This document shows, one piece after another, positions 8,968 to 18,497 of a stretch of DNA of 64,000 nt. The first letter of the stretch is position 1; the number at the start of each line of letters is the position of its first letter. The notes below the pieces were generated by a model, which saw only the letters and a program-made list of their open reading frames with translations, had not been told where the DNA came from and ran no database searches. Source of the stretch: Nitrospinales bacterium (GTDB taxonomy: Bacteria > Nitrospinota > Nitrospinia > Nitrospinales > VA-1); assembly GCA_965223795.1 (NCBI GenBank), contig CBDCXL010000002.1, positions 1,504,001 to 1,568,000 on the forward strand, written 5' to 3'. The position numbers were made by a program, and so were the translations under genes.

Positions 8968-9762
8968 ATGACCAACCAAACACTCCATTTGCAAAACAAA
9001 ATTAAAAATGAATTAATTCCATTTTTTATTGAATATTTGAAAATCATTGATTTGTTTGGGTTGTCAAATACGGATTCCTTTGTATTCAACTCGGAATTAT
9101 TTAAATCCATTGAAAAGTTGAATTTCCCGGATTGGAATCAATATTACCCAATTAATAATGATTTTAAGAATTCTCCTCTTTCCTCGATTAATAATTTGGA
9201 GATGGAATTTCCTATAGATTTTGAAGATGAAGAAAAATTTTTAAACGAATCTCCAATAGTTCGTGAAATTAGAAAATTAAGCAGTAAAGAGCAATTAGAA
9301 GAATACAAATGGTATTTTAATAAAAAACAAACTGACCTTCTGCTAGCTTGTTATGCTTGGATGAATTTCTCCTTTTGTGCCGCTCTATTTGGAAAATCTC
9401 CTTTCGCACTTTTTGAAAGTGCCCAAAACGGAGACCAGGATGCCATTTTAAAATTGATTCAACTGGATAAATCCCTGATTGATTCCGATTGGTCTATGAG
9501 GGAGATAAAAAAGGCCCAACTATCTGGGGATATGGATTATTTTAAAAAGCTATCCAAGGCAATAACTAAGGATTCTTTTAAAGCCAAGAAGAGAAATTTA
9601 AAGTTGACCCTGGTATTAGTTTTTGGCTGGGAATTGGGTTTGAATAAGTTGTCTAATGAGGAAATTCTTGATGTTGTTCAAGATCTAAATATATACACAA
9701 GTAATGATTCGGATTCCCTATATCGTGAGATCAAAAGATTAGGATTAAGGAAAAGGAAATAA
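8968..9762 (+). CDS. Hypothetical protein (island core)
   Basis: 264-aa AT-rich ORF co-oriented with rep-xis-int; no motif recognised. Confidence 0.7.
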   Translation: MTNQTLHLQNKIKNELIPFFIEYLKIIDLFGLSNTDSFVFNSELFKSIEKLNFPDWNQYYPINNDFKNSPLSSINNLEMEFPIDFEDEEKFLNESPIVREIRKLSSKEQLEEYKWYFNKKQTDLLLACYAWMNFSFCAALFGKSPFALFESAQNGDQDAILKLIQLDKSLIDSDWSMREIKKAQLSGDMDYFKKLSKAITKDSFKAKKRNLKLTLVLVFGWELGLNKLSNEEILDVVQDLNIYTSNDSDSLYREIKRLGLRKRK

Positions 9763-9848
9763 AGTCCAATTAAAAAACTTAATTCCTCAAAGGGACACGA
9801 TTTCTAAAATTTGTGTCCTAATAATTTTGATACGTTCAATTCATAATG

Positions 9849-9886
9849 AGGCCATTGGTAATGTTTACCAATGGCCTTTTTATTTT
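9849..9886 (+). promoter_or_regulatory. Perfect 13-bp inverted repeat with T-tract (terminator or origin element)
   Basis: aggccattggtaa-tgt-ttaccaatggcct followed by ttttatttt. Confidence 0.6.
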
Positions 9887-9952
9887 GGCCCGTATTAACT
9901 AAGACTAGACCATAAGGGTATTTACCCATAAAGTCGTACAAAAAAACGGAAA

Positions 9953-10843
9953 ATGGCAATCGGGAAATTGAATTTAACAACTCACTTGAAACCCAATGCT
10001 ACCCTCTTGAGGGAAATGGGATGTCTTAAACGGGATAATCTCAAAAATAAACTCTACAAATACTTTTGCAAGTTGGAATTTGCGGAAGTTTTTTGGGAAC
10101 CTCACAAATTCAGTTTTTTAACCAATTGGGGAATTCCCAATACCAAGATCGACATTCACCCCAAATACTTTGAGCGATTTGATTCATTAATTGAATATTT
10201 ATTCGATTTATTTCCCAATCAAATTGATCTCAAATTAGATCAATTCAATATTTCCCAGATTGAAATCCATTCTGACATTAAACATCTTCCCCTGGATGTT
10301 GTTTTAGCCCGTCTTTGGGTAATGGGTTACAGGCGTGAAAGTGTCAGTGTCTATAAAGGCAACACAATTTATATAGGCTCTAATCCAAAAGTTCGGGTTT
10401 TTAATGAAACCCAGCAATTAATGCAAAAGGTTGCTAAGAGAAAAGAATTAACCAAATGGGAACGAGATATTTTGCGAAAAAATGAATCAATTACCCGCTT
10501 TTCGATTGAGATTAGAAATTTTGGTAGGAGCCTACTTGATATTGCAAATGATCCAAAACAATTGGTTAATTATTTTGATCGATTCAAATTCTATAACTTC
10601 GAAGATGATGAATTGATTCCCAAATTAGGCGGTCTTCAAATACTAATGTCCAAAATCCGGCGGGAACATCGAAAAGAATTTGAGAAATTCAAGGACAAGG
10701 AATTAGAGGCATTAATTAAAGGAAACTTTCTTTTCGCGATTGACCAATGGTTTAAAGAGGAAAAGAAAGAAAATAATTCCTTCGATTTAGATAAAGAAAT
10801 TGATCGGCAATTAAACGAATTAATTAAAGCAATTAAGAGTTAA
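9953..10843 (+). CDS. Rep_trans-like replication initiator homolog, apparently degenerate active site
   Basis: Motif order ISQIEIHSD / TIYIGS...VRVFNE / TRFSIEIR parallels Rep_trans TRLDLAFD / TKYFG...IRIYNK / WRVEIELK; sits directly before xis-int. Confidence 0.6.
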   Translation: MAIGKLNLTTHLKPNATLLREMGCLKRDNLKNKLYKYFCKLEFAEVFWEPHKFSFLTNWGIPNTKIDIHPKYFERFDSLIEYLFDLFPNQIDLKLDQFNISQIEIHSDIKHLPLDVVLARLWVMGYRRESVSVYKGNTIYIGSNPKVRVFNETQQLMQKVAKRKELTKWERDILRKNESITRFSIEIRNFGRSLLDIANDPKQLVNYFDRFKFYNFEDDELIPKLGGLQILMSKIRREHRKEFEKFKDKELEALIKGNFLFAIDQWFKEEKKENNSFDLDKEIDRQLNELIKAIKS

Positions 10844-10852
10844 TTGATTGCA

Positions 10853-11083
10853 ATGGCATTGAAGAAATTTTTAACAATTAAAGAATTGTCCGAATACCTC
10901 GGGATCAAGCCCAAAACCCTCTATTCCTGGGTATCCAAAAGGGTTTTGCCGCATTACCGGATTGAGGGATTAATACGATTCAAATTGAAGGAAATCGACC
11001 AAAAGATGGATTCCTGCAAAATAAACCAAAATCCTTTGATTGATCGAAAAGTGAATGAAATTGAGGATGAATTCTCCCTTTGA
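10853..11083 (+). CDS. Excisionase-like HTH DNA-binding protein
   Basis: FLTIKELSEYLGIKPKTLYSWVSKRVLPHYRI...IRF (HTH_17/xis pattern). Confidence 0.9.
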   Translation: MALKKFLTIKELSEYLGIKPKTLYSWVSKRVLPHYRIEGLIRFKLKEIDQKMDSCKINQNPLIDRKVNEIEDEFSL

Positions 11084-11089
11084 TACAAT
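11061..11089 (+). promoter_or_regulatory. Putative sigma70 promoter for the integrase, overlapping the xis end
   Basis: TTGAGG-N17-TACAAT with extended TG. Confidence 0.5.
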
Positions 11090-11145
11090 CCCTCTCACAG
11101 ATAAGAGGAAACCAGACCTGAAATCAGCTTCCATAAATAAGGAGG

Positions 11146-12162
11146 TTGTATATGGGTCTTTATAGACAGAAGCGAAGCAAGGTCTGGTGGATGAGTTACG
11201 TCAGCCGAGGACAGCAAATCCGCAAATCAACGGGAACCTGTAATAAAAAGGTCGCCGAGACGATCTATTACAAAATCAAAACCCAGATTGCGGAGGGGGT
11301 CTATCTCGACGGTTGCCAGGGAAAGAACAAGACCTTTGTGGAACTGGTGAGGCGGTATCTGAAAGAGGTTTCGCCCAATAAAAAACTAGGAACCCAAAGA
11401 GATGACCGGTCTCATGGAAAGAGGCTGGTGACAGCTTTTGGAAACCGAAAATTAAACGAGATCACTCCTGATTTACTGACCCGCTACATACTCAAACGCA
11501 AAAAGAAAGTGGGACCGAGCACCATCAACCGGGAAATGGCTTTTATCTCAGCCGCCTTTAACCAAGGCATCAAGGTTTGGTGTTGGTGCCGGGATAACCC
11601 GGTTTCCCGCATTAAGCGGGAGAAGGAAACAAAACGGGTTAAGTATTTTTCAGAGAAGGAGTTCTCGGAAATCTACGAACACCTGACCGGTTGGGTGAAA
11701 CCCTTCGTCCTGATTGCAAAAAACACGGGTCTTAGAAAGTCCAATATCGTCCATCTCAAATGGTCTGAGGTAAACCTCAAGGATCGCATCATTATCCTAA
11801 AGGAAGAAGCTACCAAAAACTCGGAACATTTGGGGGTGCCACTCAACACCGTGGCTTTCAAGGTATTGAAGGCCCAAATGAAGCAAAGGAAGCTTCATTC
11901 ACCCTACGTATTGTGCAAAGAAGATGGGAAGCCTTATACCGGTTACGGGGTCTATCAGGCTTTCAAGAAGGCATGTAAGAAAGCAGGGCATCCCGATTTT
12001 CGTTTCCATGATCTAAGGCACGACTTCTGCTCAAAACTGGTTCAGGCAGGGGTGGATCTTTATACGGTCAAGGAACTGGCTGGACACAAGGACATCACCA
12101 CCACACAGAGATATGCTCATCTCAATAGAGGCAAACTGAAAAGTGCTGTGGAAGTCCTGTAA
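11146..12162 (+). CDS. Tyrosine recombinase / integrase (likely start 11152)
   Basis: TGLRKS (R), HDLRH, LAGH, TQRYAH catalytic motifs intact; RBS aaggagg. Confidence 0.96.
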   Translation: MYMGLYRQKRSKVWWMSYVSRGQQIRKSTGTCNKKVAETIYYKIKTQIAEGVYLDGCQGKNKTFVELVRRYLKEVSPNKKLGTQRDDRSHGKRLVTAFGNRKLNEITPDLLTRYILKRKKKVGPSTINREMAFISAAFNQGIKVWCWCRDNPVSRIKREKETKRVKYFSEKEFSEIYEHLTGWVKPFVLIAKNTGLRKSNIVHLKWSEVNLKDRIIILKEEATKNSEHLGVPLNTVAFKVLKAQMKQRKLHSPYVLCKEDGKPYTGYGVYQAFKKACKKAGHPDFRFHDLRHDFCSKLVQAGVDLYTVKELAGHKDITTTQRYAHLNRGKLKSAVEVL

Positions 12163-12167
12163 AAAAA

Positions 12168-12187
12168 TATCATACTTTTATCATAGC
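12168..12187. repeat. Putative integrase arm-type binding site (right)
   Basis: tatcatacttttatcatagc; partner at 962-981. Confidence 0.7.
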
Positions 12188-12231
12188 CAAAGTAATCGGA
12201 GGGAGAGATGGCTTGCAAGTGGTTGATTTAA

Positions 12232-12306
<75 letters not shown>

Positions 12307-12431
12307 TTTTTGAGGAAGGCGTGACGAATTTGATATTTAACCGCTTCGGCCTGGAAAAATCAACCGCATAAATTCTCCGGGATGGCAAAAAACACCGCAG
12401 TTTCATTTCATTCGCGTACCAATGCATGCGT

Positions 12432-13232
12432 TCAATCCTTCAGTGTGGACCAGGCCATGGAACGGTTGGCGCCTCCGGCCGATCCTTCGCGGCTCAAAAT
12501 CAAAATGCCGAACGCTTCATCGGAACGAAACCAGCTGATCACGTCTTTGAGGATCCTGTCCGGCGGCTCGCCTTGCTCGATTTTCTGATAGGCGCGGATG
12601 GCGGTCAGGTTCATGGTGATGGCTTCGCCGCTGCCGGTGGCGGCGACGGCGCCCAGCGGACCGGCGTACAGGCCGCAGCCGATGAGCGGCACGTCCCCCA
12701 CGCGGCCGGGGATGGCGTTGCCGATGCCGCCGGTGCTCAACCCGGCCGCGAAGTCTTTGCCGTCGAACACGACGCAGCCGACGGTGTCGGTGACCGCGCC
12801 GCCGGTGGAAAAGTCTTTTCCTTTCGCGGTCACCTGATCGCGCTTGAGGGTTTCGAATTTACCTTTAGTTGCAAATTGCGCGGCACCGTCTCCAGCGAGC
12901 ACGCGATACTCGGTCTTGGAAACGGCGTGCGCGATGTGCACGGGATTGCGGAATCCCTGGAGAACCGCGACGGCGCCGAACCGCCCCGCGGAGTCCATGA
13001 CGGCGGCGTCCATTTCCACCGAGCCATCGGAACGCGGATGCGATCCCACTCCCGCGTTGAAGCGGGAATCGTCTTCCAGCACCGCCACGGCGCGGCTCAC
13101 GGACTGTAAAAGCGTTGCTTTCGCGCGGATGGATTCCACGCAGGCCTGGGCGGCCTTGTGGGTGCCGTCGGAATGCCTGGCGTCGGAACCCGCGCCGCCG
13201 TGGGTCAGTACGGTGATGGTGGATTTGGGCAT
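12432..13232 (-). CDS. iaaA: Isoaspartyl peptidase / L-asparaginase (Ntn hydrolase)
   Basis: HGGAG, LEDDSRFNAG, EMDAAVMD, DTVG, STGG...GRVGD, ATGSGE. Confidence 0.92.
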   Translation of the reverse strand: MPKSTITVLTHGGAGSDARHSDGTHKAAQACVESIRAKATLLQSVSRAVAVLEDDSRFNAGVGSHPRSDGSVEMDAAVMDSAGRFGAVAVLQGFRNPVHIAHAVSKTEYRVLAGDGAAQFATKGKFETLKRDQVTAKGKDFSTGGAVTDTVGCVVFDGKDFAAGLSTGGIGNAIPGRVGDVPLIGCGLYAGPLGAVAATGSGEAITMNLTAIRAYQKIEQGEPPDRILKDVISWFRSDEAFGILILSREGSAGGANRSMAWSTLKD

Positions 13233-13303
13233 GGTTTTGGCCGTTGATTCGTCGTCCGCGAAAGAGTATCCTAAGCCATTCTTCAAACAGATACCACCGG
13301 GTC

Positions 13304-13684
13304 ATGGTCAAATTCTGTCTGCAATGCAAAAACGCCTTCTGGGGAGGCCAATTCTGCCCCAATTGCGAGGGCGAGGTGCCGCTGCTCGATGCGGCGGAAC
13401 CGGAAAATCAGAAATACCTGGGCCAGCTCAACATCGACGTGCGGCCGAAATATTACGCGCGCAGTTCCATGCTGCTCACCTGCTTCGGCTTCATCATGGC
13501 GCTGCCGCTGGGCGCGTTCGTGTTTCTGCGCGGCATGTCGGCCTCGGGCAACGTCGGCCTGTGGGCCGCCATCGGCCTGACCACGGTGGTGGTGATCTCC
13601 TGGGGCTCCTGGTACCTGTCGCGCAAGCTGTTCGACAAGCAGATGGAAAAGGTGGAAGACATCAAGGAACCGCAGCTCGATTGA
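13304..13684 (+). CDS. Hypothetical membrane protein with an N-terminal zinc ribbon
   Basis: CLQC...CPNC followed by two hydrophobic segments; host-like codon usage. Confidence 0.75.
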   Translation: MVKFCLQCKNAFWGGQFCPNCEGEVPLLDAAEPENQKYLGQLNIDVRPKYYARSSMLLTCFGFIMALPLGAFVFLRGMSASGNVGLWAAIGLTTVVVISWGSWYLSRKLFDKQMEKVEDIKEPQLD

Positions 13685-14189
13685 ACCGCCTTTCCGCACA
13701 GGTCAACATACGCACTCCCGCTGTTCGCGGCACGCTTCCTCACACGGTCCGCCTGCCGATATCTTTGCGATAATGCATGCCTTCCCAGTGGATTTTTTAT
13801 CCAATAGCAGAAAAAAGAGAACTATGCCCTTCGAATAACAACCCAAAACTGACATATATATTGTTTACAAATAAAGTAAATTTACATATAATTCTATACA
13901 TATATTTGTTTTCATTGCCAAAAAGGTAGTTTGAAATAAGGCTTGAAAATTGTTTCTTTTTTTCACAAAATGCTTTGCTTTCGCTAGCTTTCCGACCGAT
14001 TAATGCATAAATTATGTTTGAAGGTGTATTCAAAAAGCTGAATATAAACTTTCGAATCTAATTACTAGTCCCTCGCAAATCAAACCAAGACAAAACATTG
14101 CCATACAATCGCAAGTTTATTATTCATTTAGTTAGGCAAATTCACTCAAATACTACTTGTCAGACCTTCAAGGGAAGTTATTAGCCAAA

Positions 14190-14295
14190 ATGCCTAAAAT
14201 TCTTATAATTGGAAAGTCTGGCAGAATAGATTGTATTACAGATGCTTTAGCTAATAGTAACCGCAACAAGGAATTGTTTGGCTTTTCTGAGGTAA
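14190..14295 (+). pseudogene. AT-rich 5' fragment of a second, oppositely oriented PurD-like gene
   Basis: MPKILIIGKSGRIDCITDALANSNRNKELFGFSEV resembles a PurD N-terminus (KILxIGxGGR..I..AL..S). Confidence 0.55.
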
Positions 14296-15424
14296 GCGCC
14301 GGGATAGCCCTGCGACGCTATTAGCACCACACACACCGCCGACTGTTGTTTCCAGGTCAGGCTCTGTTTTTCCAGCGTGCCGTCGATGCAGGCTTCGAAC
14401 AACGGCACGATGTCGTTTTCAAGACGCATTGAGCAAAGGCATGGGTCTCGGGATCGCCAAAACGGGCGTTGAATTCAACAGACCACAAACCAGACTGGGC
14501 CCGGCTTCTGAAGAACCATGAAGCCCGTAGCGTGAAAAAAGAATCCCCCGGTAGGTGCGGCCCTCCTTGAATCCAATGCATGGACGGCGGGGACCATGAT
14601 TATCTGAATCACCTATTCCTTCAGAATTTCGGTTTTTGAAAACCGATGCCGAAGCATATCTAAGGAATTGAAAGGCGCCCATGCCTGCCGGACTTGTTGG
14701 GGCCCTGGTAAAAGCCGTCGAAAACGGCTATTGTGATGCCTGCGCCAAGAACGAGCGGCAACACCGTGTAGCCATCGGCGAACGCCAGCAGCGAACACCT
14801 TCAATGGCATTCGAGAAATTCTTCGACGACGATTCCGGTTTCAGGCCTCACAAAGTCTTTTGGAGACTTCCTAATGATGGCGGGATGCCTTGCCGAAAAT
14901 CATTCCTTCCCATTTTTCAAGCAAAGCAGCACGCCTTTGCCCGCGTATAAAGACCGTCGGCCTTGACGACCAGCGAGTCCGAGATTTAAAGCTTGGTGGC
15001 ATAGCCGCAAAGGGGGGTAAGAGTTATCGGCGGCGATCGAAGTCACACGGTACCCATCGCAGGTATTTGGATAAAACCGGTGGGGATGCCGTGCCGCTGC
15101 ATCAGGTCTTTCGAGAACGCCTTGCTGCCCTCCAGTTCGAAAGCAACTGTATCGCCGAAGGCCCGAAAACTACCCGCAGTCCGAAAAAAATTTTTCCTGA
15201 AACCGGTCGACTATGATGCCGGCAACGAAAGATGGGCTGTTAACCGGATCCCGAGCGACGGTGAGCCCGATAGGCGGTTTTTTTCCGCAAATTCGAGCAG
15301 GCTGTTTCGATGGACCAATCGTCCGCGGCGAGGGCGACAGGCTTATCGGATCGCATGAAAAGCGCTTGGTCCCGGCGTTGCCGGGAGCTGCATTAAAATC
15401 TTAGTTCATAATTTAAATTAAAAT

Positions 15425-15453
15425 ACCACTGGCGAAAGCTGGTGGTTTTTTTT
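15425..15453 (+). terminator. Terminator-like hairpin inside the AT-rich interruption
   Basis: accactggc-gaaa-gctggtggt followed by a T-run. Confidence 0.55.
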
Positions 15454-15654
15454 GCCCAAAAAAGCAATTAAATTAATATTTTATATTCTTATGTATACAG
15501 CTTAATACTTCTTATCCATCCTGCTGAAATTTACATTTAAACCATTCCGCCGCACGCCGACGATCAGCACGCGCATGGCGATTTTCTCCAAATGCAACAA
15601 GGTGGTGTCATAGAGCGGCAAATTTATATAAAATGCGCTCTGGTTTCAAGTTTT

Positions 15655-15756
15655 TAAGAGGCCCTCTGAGATTTCGATGCTTCCCTGACAGGCAGCTCGC
15701 GGCTCCTTGATCATAAGGAACGCTCGTTGCCGAACGCAATTTCAGAGGCGCCCTTA
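15655..15756. repeat. 102-bp palindromic MITE/REP-like element
   Basis: Terminal inverted repeats taagaggccctctgagatt / aatttcagaggcgccctta (15/19), TA ends, internal stems ggcagc/gttgcc and tcctt/aagga. Confidence 0.5.
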
Positions 15757-15773
15757 GCTTACAGGAGCGGCGG

Positions 15774-16895
15774 GTGGTCCGGCTCGAATCGCTTTCCAAA
15801 TCCTTCGGTTTCAAAACAGTGATCCGCGATCTTTCGCTGGTCGTGCAGGCGGGCGAGCGGTTTGTCCTGCTGGGCCGCAGCGGCTGCGGCAAGACCACGC
15901 TGCTGCGCTTGATCGCCGGGTTCGAGACACCGGACCACGGCACGATCCACATCGGCGGCGAGGACATGCAGCCGCACTCGGTGGAAAACCGGCCGGTGGG
16001 CTTTATTTTTCAAAACTACGCGCTGTTCCCGCACATGAACGTGTACGACAACATCGCGGTGGGACCGAGGATGCGCGGGCTTTCGGAGAGCTCGCTGGCC
16101 GAGCGGATCGACAAGCTGCTCAGGATCACCCACCTGGAAGGGATGAAGGACGCGATGCCCGCCCGCCTGAGCGGCGGCGAAGCGCAGCGCGTGGCGATCG
16201 TGCGGGCCATCGTCAACCGGCCGAAGATCCTGCTGCTGGACGAACCGCTTTCGGCGCTGGACGCCTCGCTCAGGACGCGCCTGCGCGAGGAGCTGAAGGA
16301 AATACAGGAAACGCTGGGCATCACTTTTCTGTATGTGACCCACGATCAGGAAGAGGCGATGAACCTCGCTTCACGCATCGGCATCCTGGAAAAAGGGCGG
16401 CTGCTGCAGGTCGGCGATCCGGAGACGCTGTACAACCAGCCGAACTCGCCTTTCGTCGCCGGATTCCTGGGGACCATCAACCGTTTTGACGGCACGGTCA
16501 AGTATCCCGGTCCGGACTGGACGGTGGTGTCGCTGGGGAAAAAACTCACGTTGAAATGCCGGTCCGATCTCAAGGCGGTGGAGGGCAGCCGGGTCGATTG
16601 TTTCATCCGACCGGAACGGATCTTCTTTTCCGGCAACGAGCGGATTCCGGAACCGGTGAACCGCCTGGAAGCGGTGATCCAGGAAAAGATTTTTTACGGC
16701 AACCAGACCCAGTTCAAAGTGGAAATCGCCGGCGGCCACCCGCTTCTGGTTTCCGGAGGCCACACCCCCGAGGGAACCCGCCCGGTCAATCTGAGAGTGG
16801 ACGAGCGGGTGCCGCTGTTCGTGTCGGGGCATGACATCCTGCTGTTTGAATCCGCACCCGCCCCTGAAAATGCTCTCGATGCGTTTCCCATCTAA
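15774..16895 (+). CDS. ABC transporter ATP-binding protein (PotA/FbpC-like, C-terminal TOBE)
   Basis: GRSGCGKTT, FQNYALFPH, LSGGEAQR, LLLDEP, THDQEEAM. Confidence 0.93.
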   Translation: MVRLESLSKSFGFKTVIRDLSLVVQAGERFVLLGRSGCGKTTLLRLIAGFETPDHGTIHIGGEDMQPHSVENRPVGFIFQNYALFPHMNVYDNIAVGPRMRGLSESSLAERIDKLLRITHLEGMKDAMPARLSGGEAQRVAIVRAIVNRPKILLLDEPLSALDASLRTRLREELKEIQETLGITFLYVTHDQEEAMNLASRIGILEKGRLLQVGDPETLYNQPNSPFVAGFLGTINRFDGTVKYPGPDWTVVSLGKKLTLKCRSDLKAVEGSRVDCFIRPERIFFSGNERIPEPVNRLEAVIQEKIFYGNQTQFKVEIAGGHPLLVSGGHTPEGTRPVNLRVDERVPLFVSGHDILLFESAPAPENALDAFPI

Positions 16896-17700
16896 CAGAT
16901 CCAGCCTGCCCGTTTGGGCATTGTGCCTGCCGCTGTTTTTCCTGTATTGCCTCACGGGCTGTTCGGCGCAAAAGGACACGCCCGCTTCCGGAAAGGTGTT
17001 GAAAGTGGCGACGGACACGACGCTGATCCCCATGTCGTTCATCGGAGACGACGGCCGCGCGACCGGGTTCGAACCCGACCTCATGCAGGCGATCGCCGAA
17101 CGGGCCGGGTTCGACTTTGAATTCATCTCGGTCGAATGGCCGGGCCTGTTCGGCGGGCTGATCACCGGCAAATTCGATTTTGTGATGAGTTCCGTGACAA
17201 TCCTGGAAGAACGGAAAAAGAAAATGGCGTTTTCGATTCCTTATCTTAAAAGCGGGCTGGCGCTCGTGGTGCGCAAAGACAGCGAGGGCGTCGAATCGAT
17301 TGAAGACATCGAGGCGAAGAATCTGCTCGCCGGGGCGCAGCGCGGCACCACGTCGTATTTTTTTCTGGAAAAGCGTCCCGGTGTGCGCAAAAAGGGTTAT
17401 GAGGCTTACGGACACGCGGTGGCGGACCTGATCAAGGGCGAGGTGGACGCGGTGCTCGGAGAAAGCACGGGCACGCTGTACTACAAAAACCACCGCAAGG
17501 ATTATTTTCAGAAGATCAAAATGGTGGGCGAGATTCTGACGGAGGAGCACTACGGCATCGTGCTCCGCAAAGAGGACACGGAGCTGCTGCAAAAGGTGAA
17601 CGCCGCTCTTGAAGCCCTGCTTAAAGACGGGACGGTGAAGCGGCTGCACAGCAAATGGGAGCTGGGCAAGGCGGCGCAGCTGCCCGGCGGGACGGAATAA
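16879..17700 (+). CDS. Polar amino-acid ABC substrate-binding lipoprotein (family 3)
   Basis: Lipobox LTGC; G(F)EPDL, TILEERKKKMAFSIPY, E.YGIVLRK. Confidence 0.92.
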   Translation: MRFPSNRSSLPVWALCLPLFFLYCLTGCSAQKDTPASGKVLKVATDTTLIPMSFIGDDGRATGFEPDLMQAIAERAGFDFEFISVEWPGLFGGLITGKFDFVMSSVTILEERKKKMAFSIPYLKSGLALVVRKDSEGVESIEDIEAKNLLAGAQRGTTSYFFLEKRPGVRKKGYEAYGHAVADLIKGEVDAVLGESTGTLYYKNHRKDYFQKIKMVGEILTEEHYGIVLRKEDTELLQKVNAALEALLKDGTVKRLHSKWELGKAAQLPGGTE

Positions 17701-17723
17701 AAGAACATTTTCTTGAATTGAGG

Positions 17724-18497
17724 ATGCGCGATTCTGTCAAAACGGCGGCCCGCACGGGACCGCAGCATTGGGCGTGGTATCTGGCGCTGGCGGGCAGCCT
17801 TTTTTTTCTCGTCTACCTGCCGGCGCACGACGCGACCCTGCCCGAAGGGGAAACGAAAGACTATCTGATGCTGCTGCCGCTGCTGCCGCAGGGCATCGGC
17901 ATCACGCTTCTGGTGACGCTGCTGGGAAGCGCCGCCGCCATCGCCGTGGGGTTTCTGGTGGCGCTGGGCAAGCTTTCCGAGAGCCGCACGCTGAGGACGC
18001 TGGCCTCGCTGTACACGGAAATTCTGCGCGGCGTGCCGCTTCTGGTGCTGCTGTTCTATATCTATTATGCGCTCGGCCAGTACCTGAGCATCCCGGCGCT
18101 CGCCGCGGCGGTGATCGGGTTCGGCACCTGTTACGGCGCGTACATGGCGGACGTGTTCCGGGCGGGGATCGAGGCGATCCCGAGGGAGCAGGGGGAGGCG
18201 GCGCGCAGCCTGGGGATGAATCCGCGGCAGGCGCTGTTCAAGATCATCCTGCCGCAGGCGATGCGCACGCTGGTGCCCGCCATCGGCAACCAGACGCTGG
18301 GCATGCTGAAGGACACCAGCCTGGTCTCGGTGCTCGCGATCTCGGACATCCTGCGCGTCGGCAACGAGTTCGCCACCAAGCATTTCAATTATTTCGAAAC
18401 CTACACCTACATCGCCCTCACCTACCTGGCGCTGACGCTGCTGATGTCGCGCTTCGTGCTGTATCTCGATCAGCGCAGTCAGACCGACCCCGCCTGA
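17724..18497 (+). CDS. Polar amino-acid ABC permease (HisM/GlnP type)
   Basis: LRGVPLLV, FRAGIEAIP..Q.EAARSLG, ILPQA, LKDTSL. Confidence 0.93.
   Translation: MRDSVKTAARTGPQHWAWYLALAGSLFFLVYLPAHDATLPEGETKDYLMLLPLLPQGIGITLLVTLLGSAAAIAVGFLVALGKLSESRTLRTLASLYTEILRGVPLLVLLFYIYYALGQYLSIPALAAAVIGFGTCYGAYMADVFRAGIEAIPREQGEAARSLGMNPRQALFKIILPQAMRTLVPAIGNQTLGMLKDTSLVSVLAISDILRVGNEFATKHFNYFETYTYIALTYLALTLLMSRFVLYLDQRSQTDPA

Larger units (their letters stand above)
13740..15576 (-). pseudogene. purD: Phosphoribosylamine--glycine ligase as assembled: fragmented, many indels, two AT-rich interruptions
   Basis: Fragments in order on the minus strand: RBS+MRVLIVG (15576), APGNAG, LEGSKAFSKDLMQRHGIPT, VEFNARFGDPET, AVCVVL..GYPGAY (~14292), KIHWEGMHYRKDIGRRTV* (13796-13740). 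Confidence 0.85.

Noticed and set aside
13797..14033. 78-aa AT-rich ORF
   Set aside because: Lies in the suspect purD interruption; no motif and a weak start
15655..15756. 6S RNA or a known riboswitch
   Set aside because: Too short for 6S, and no conserved riboswitch core recognised; kept only as a palindromic element
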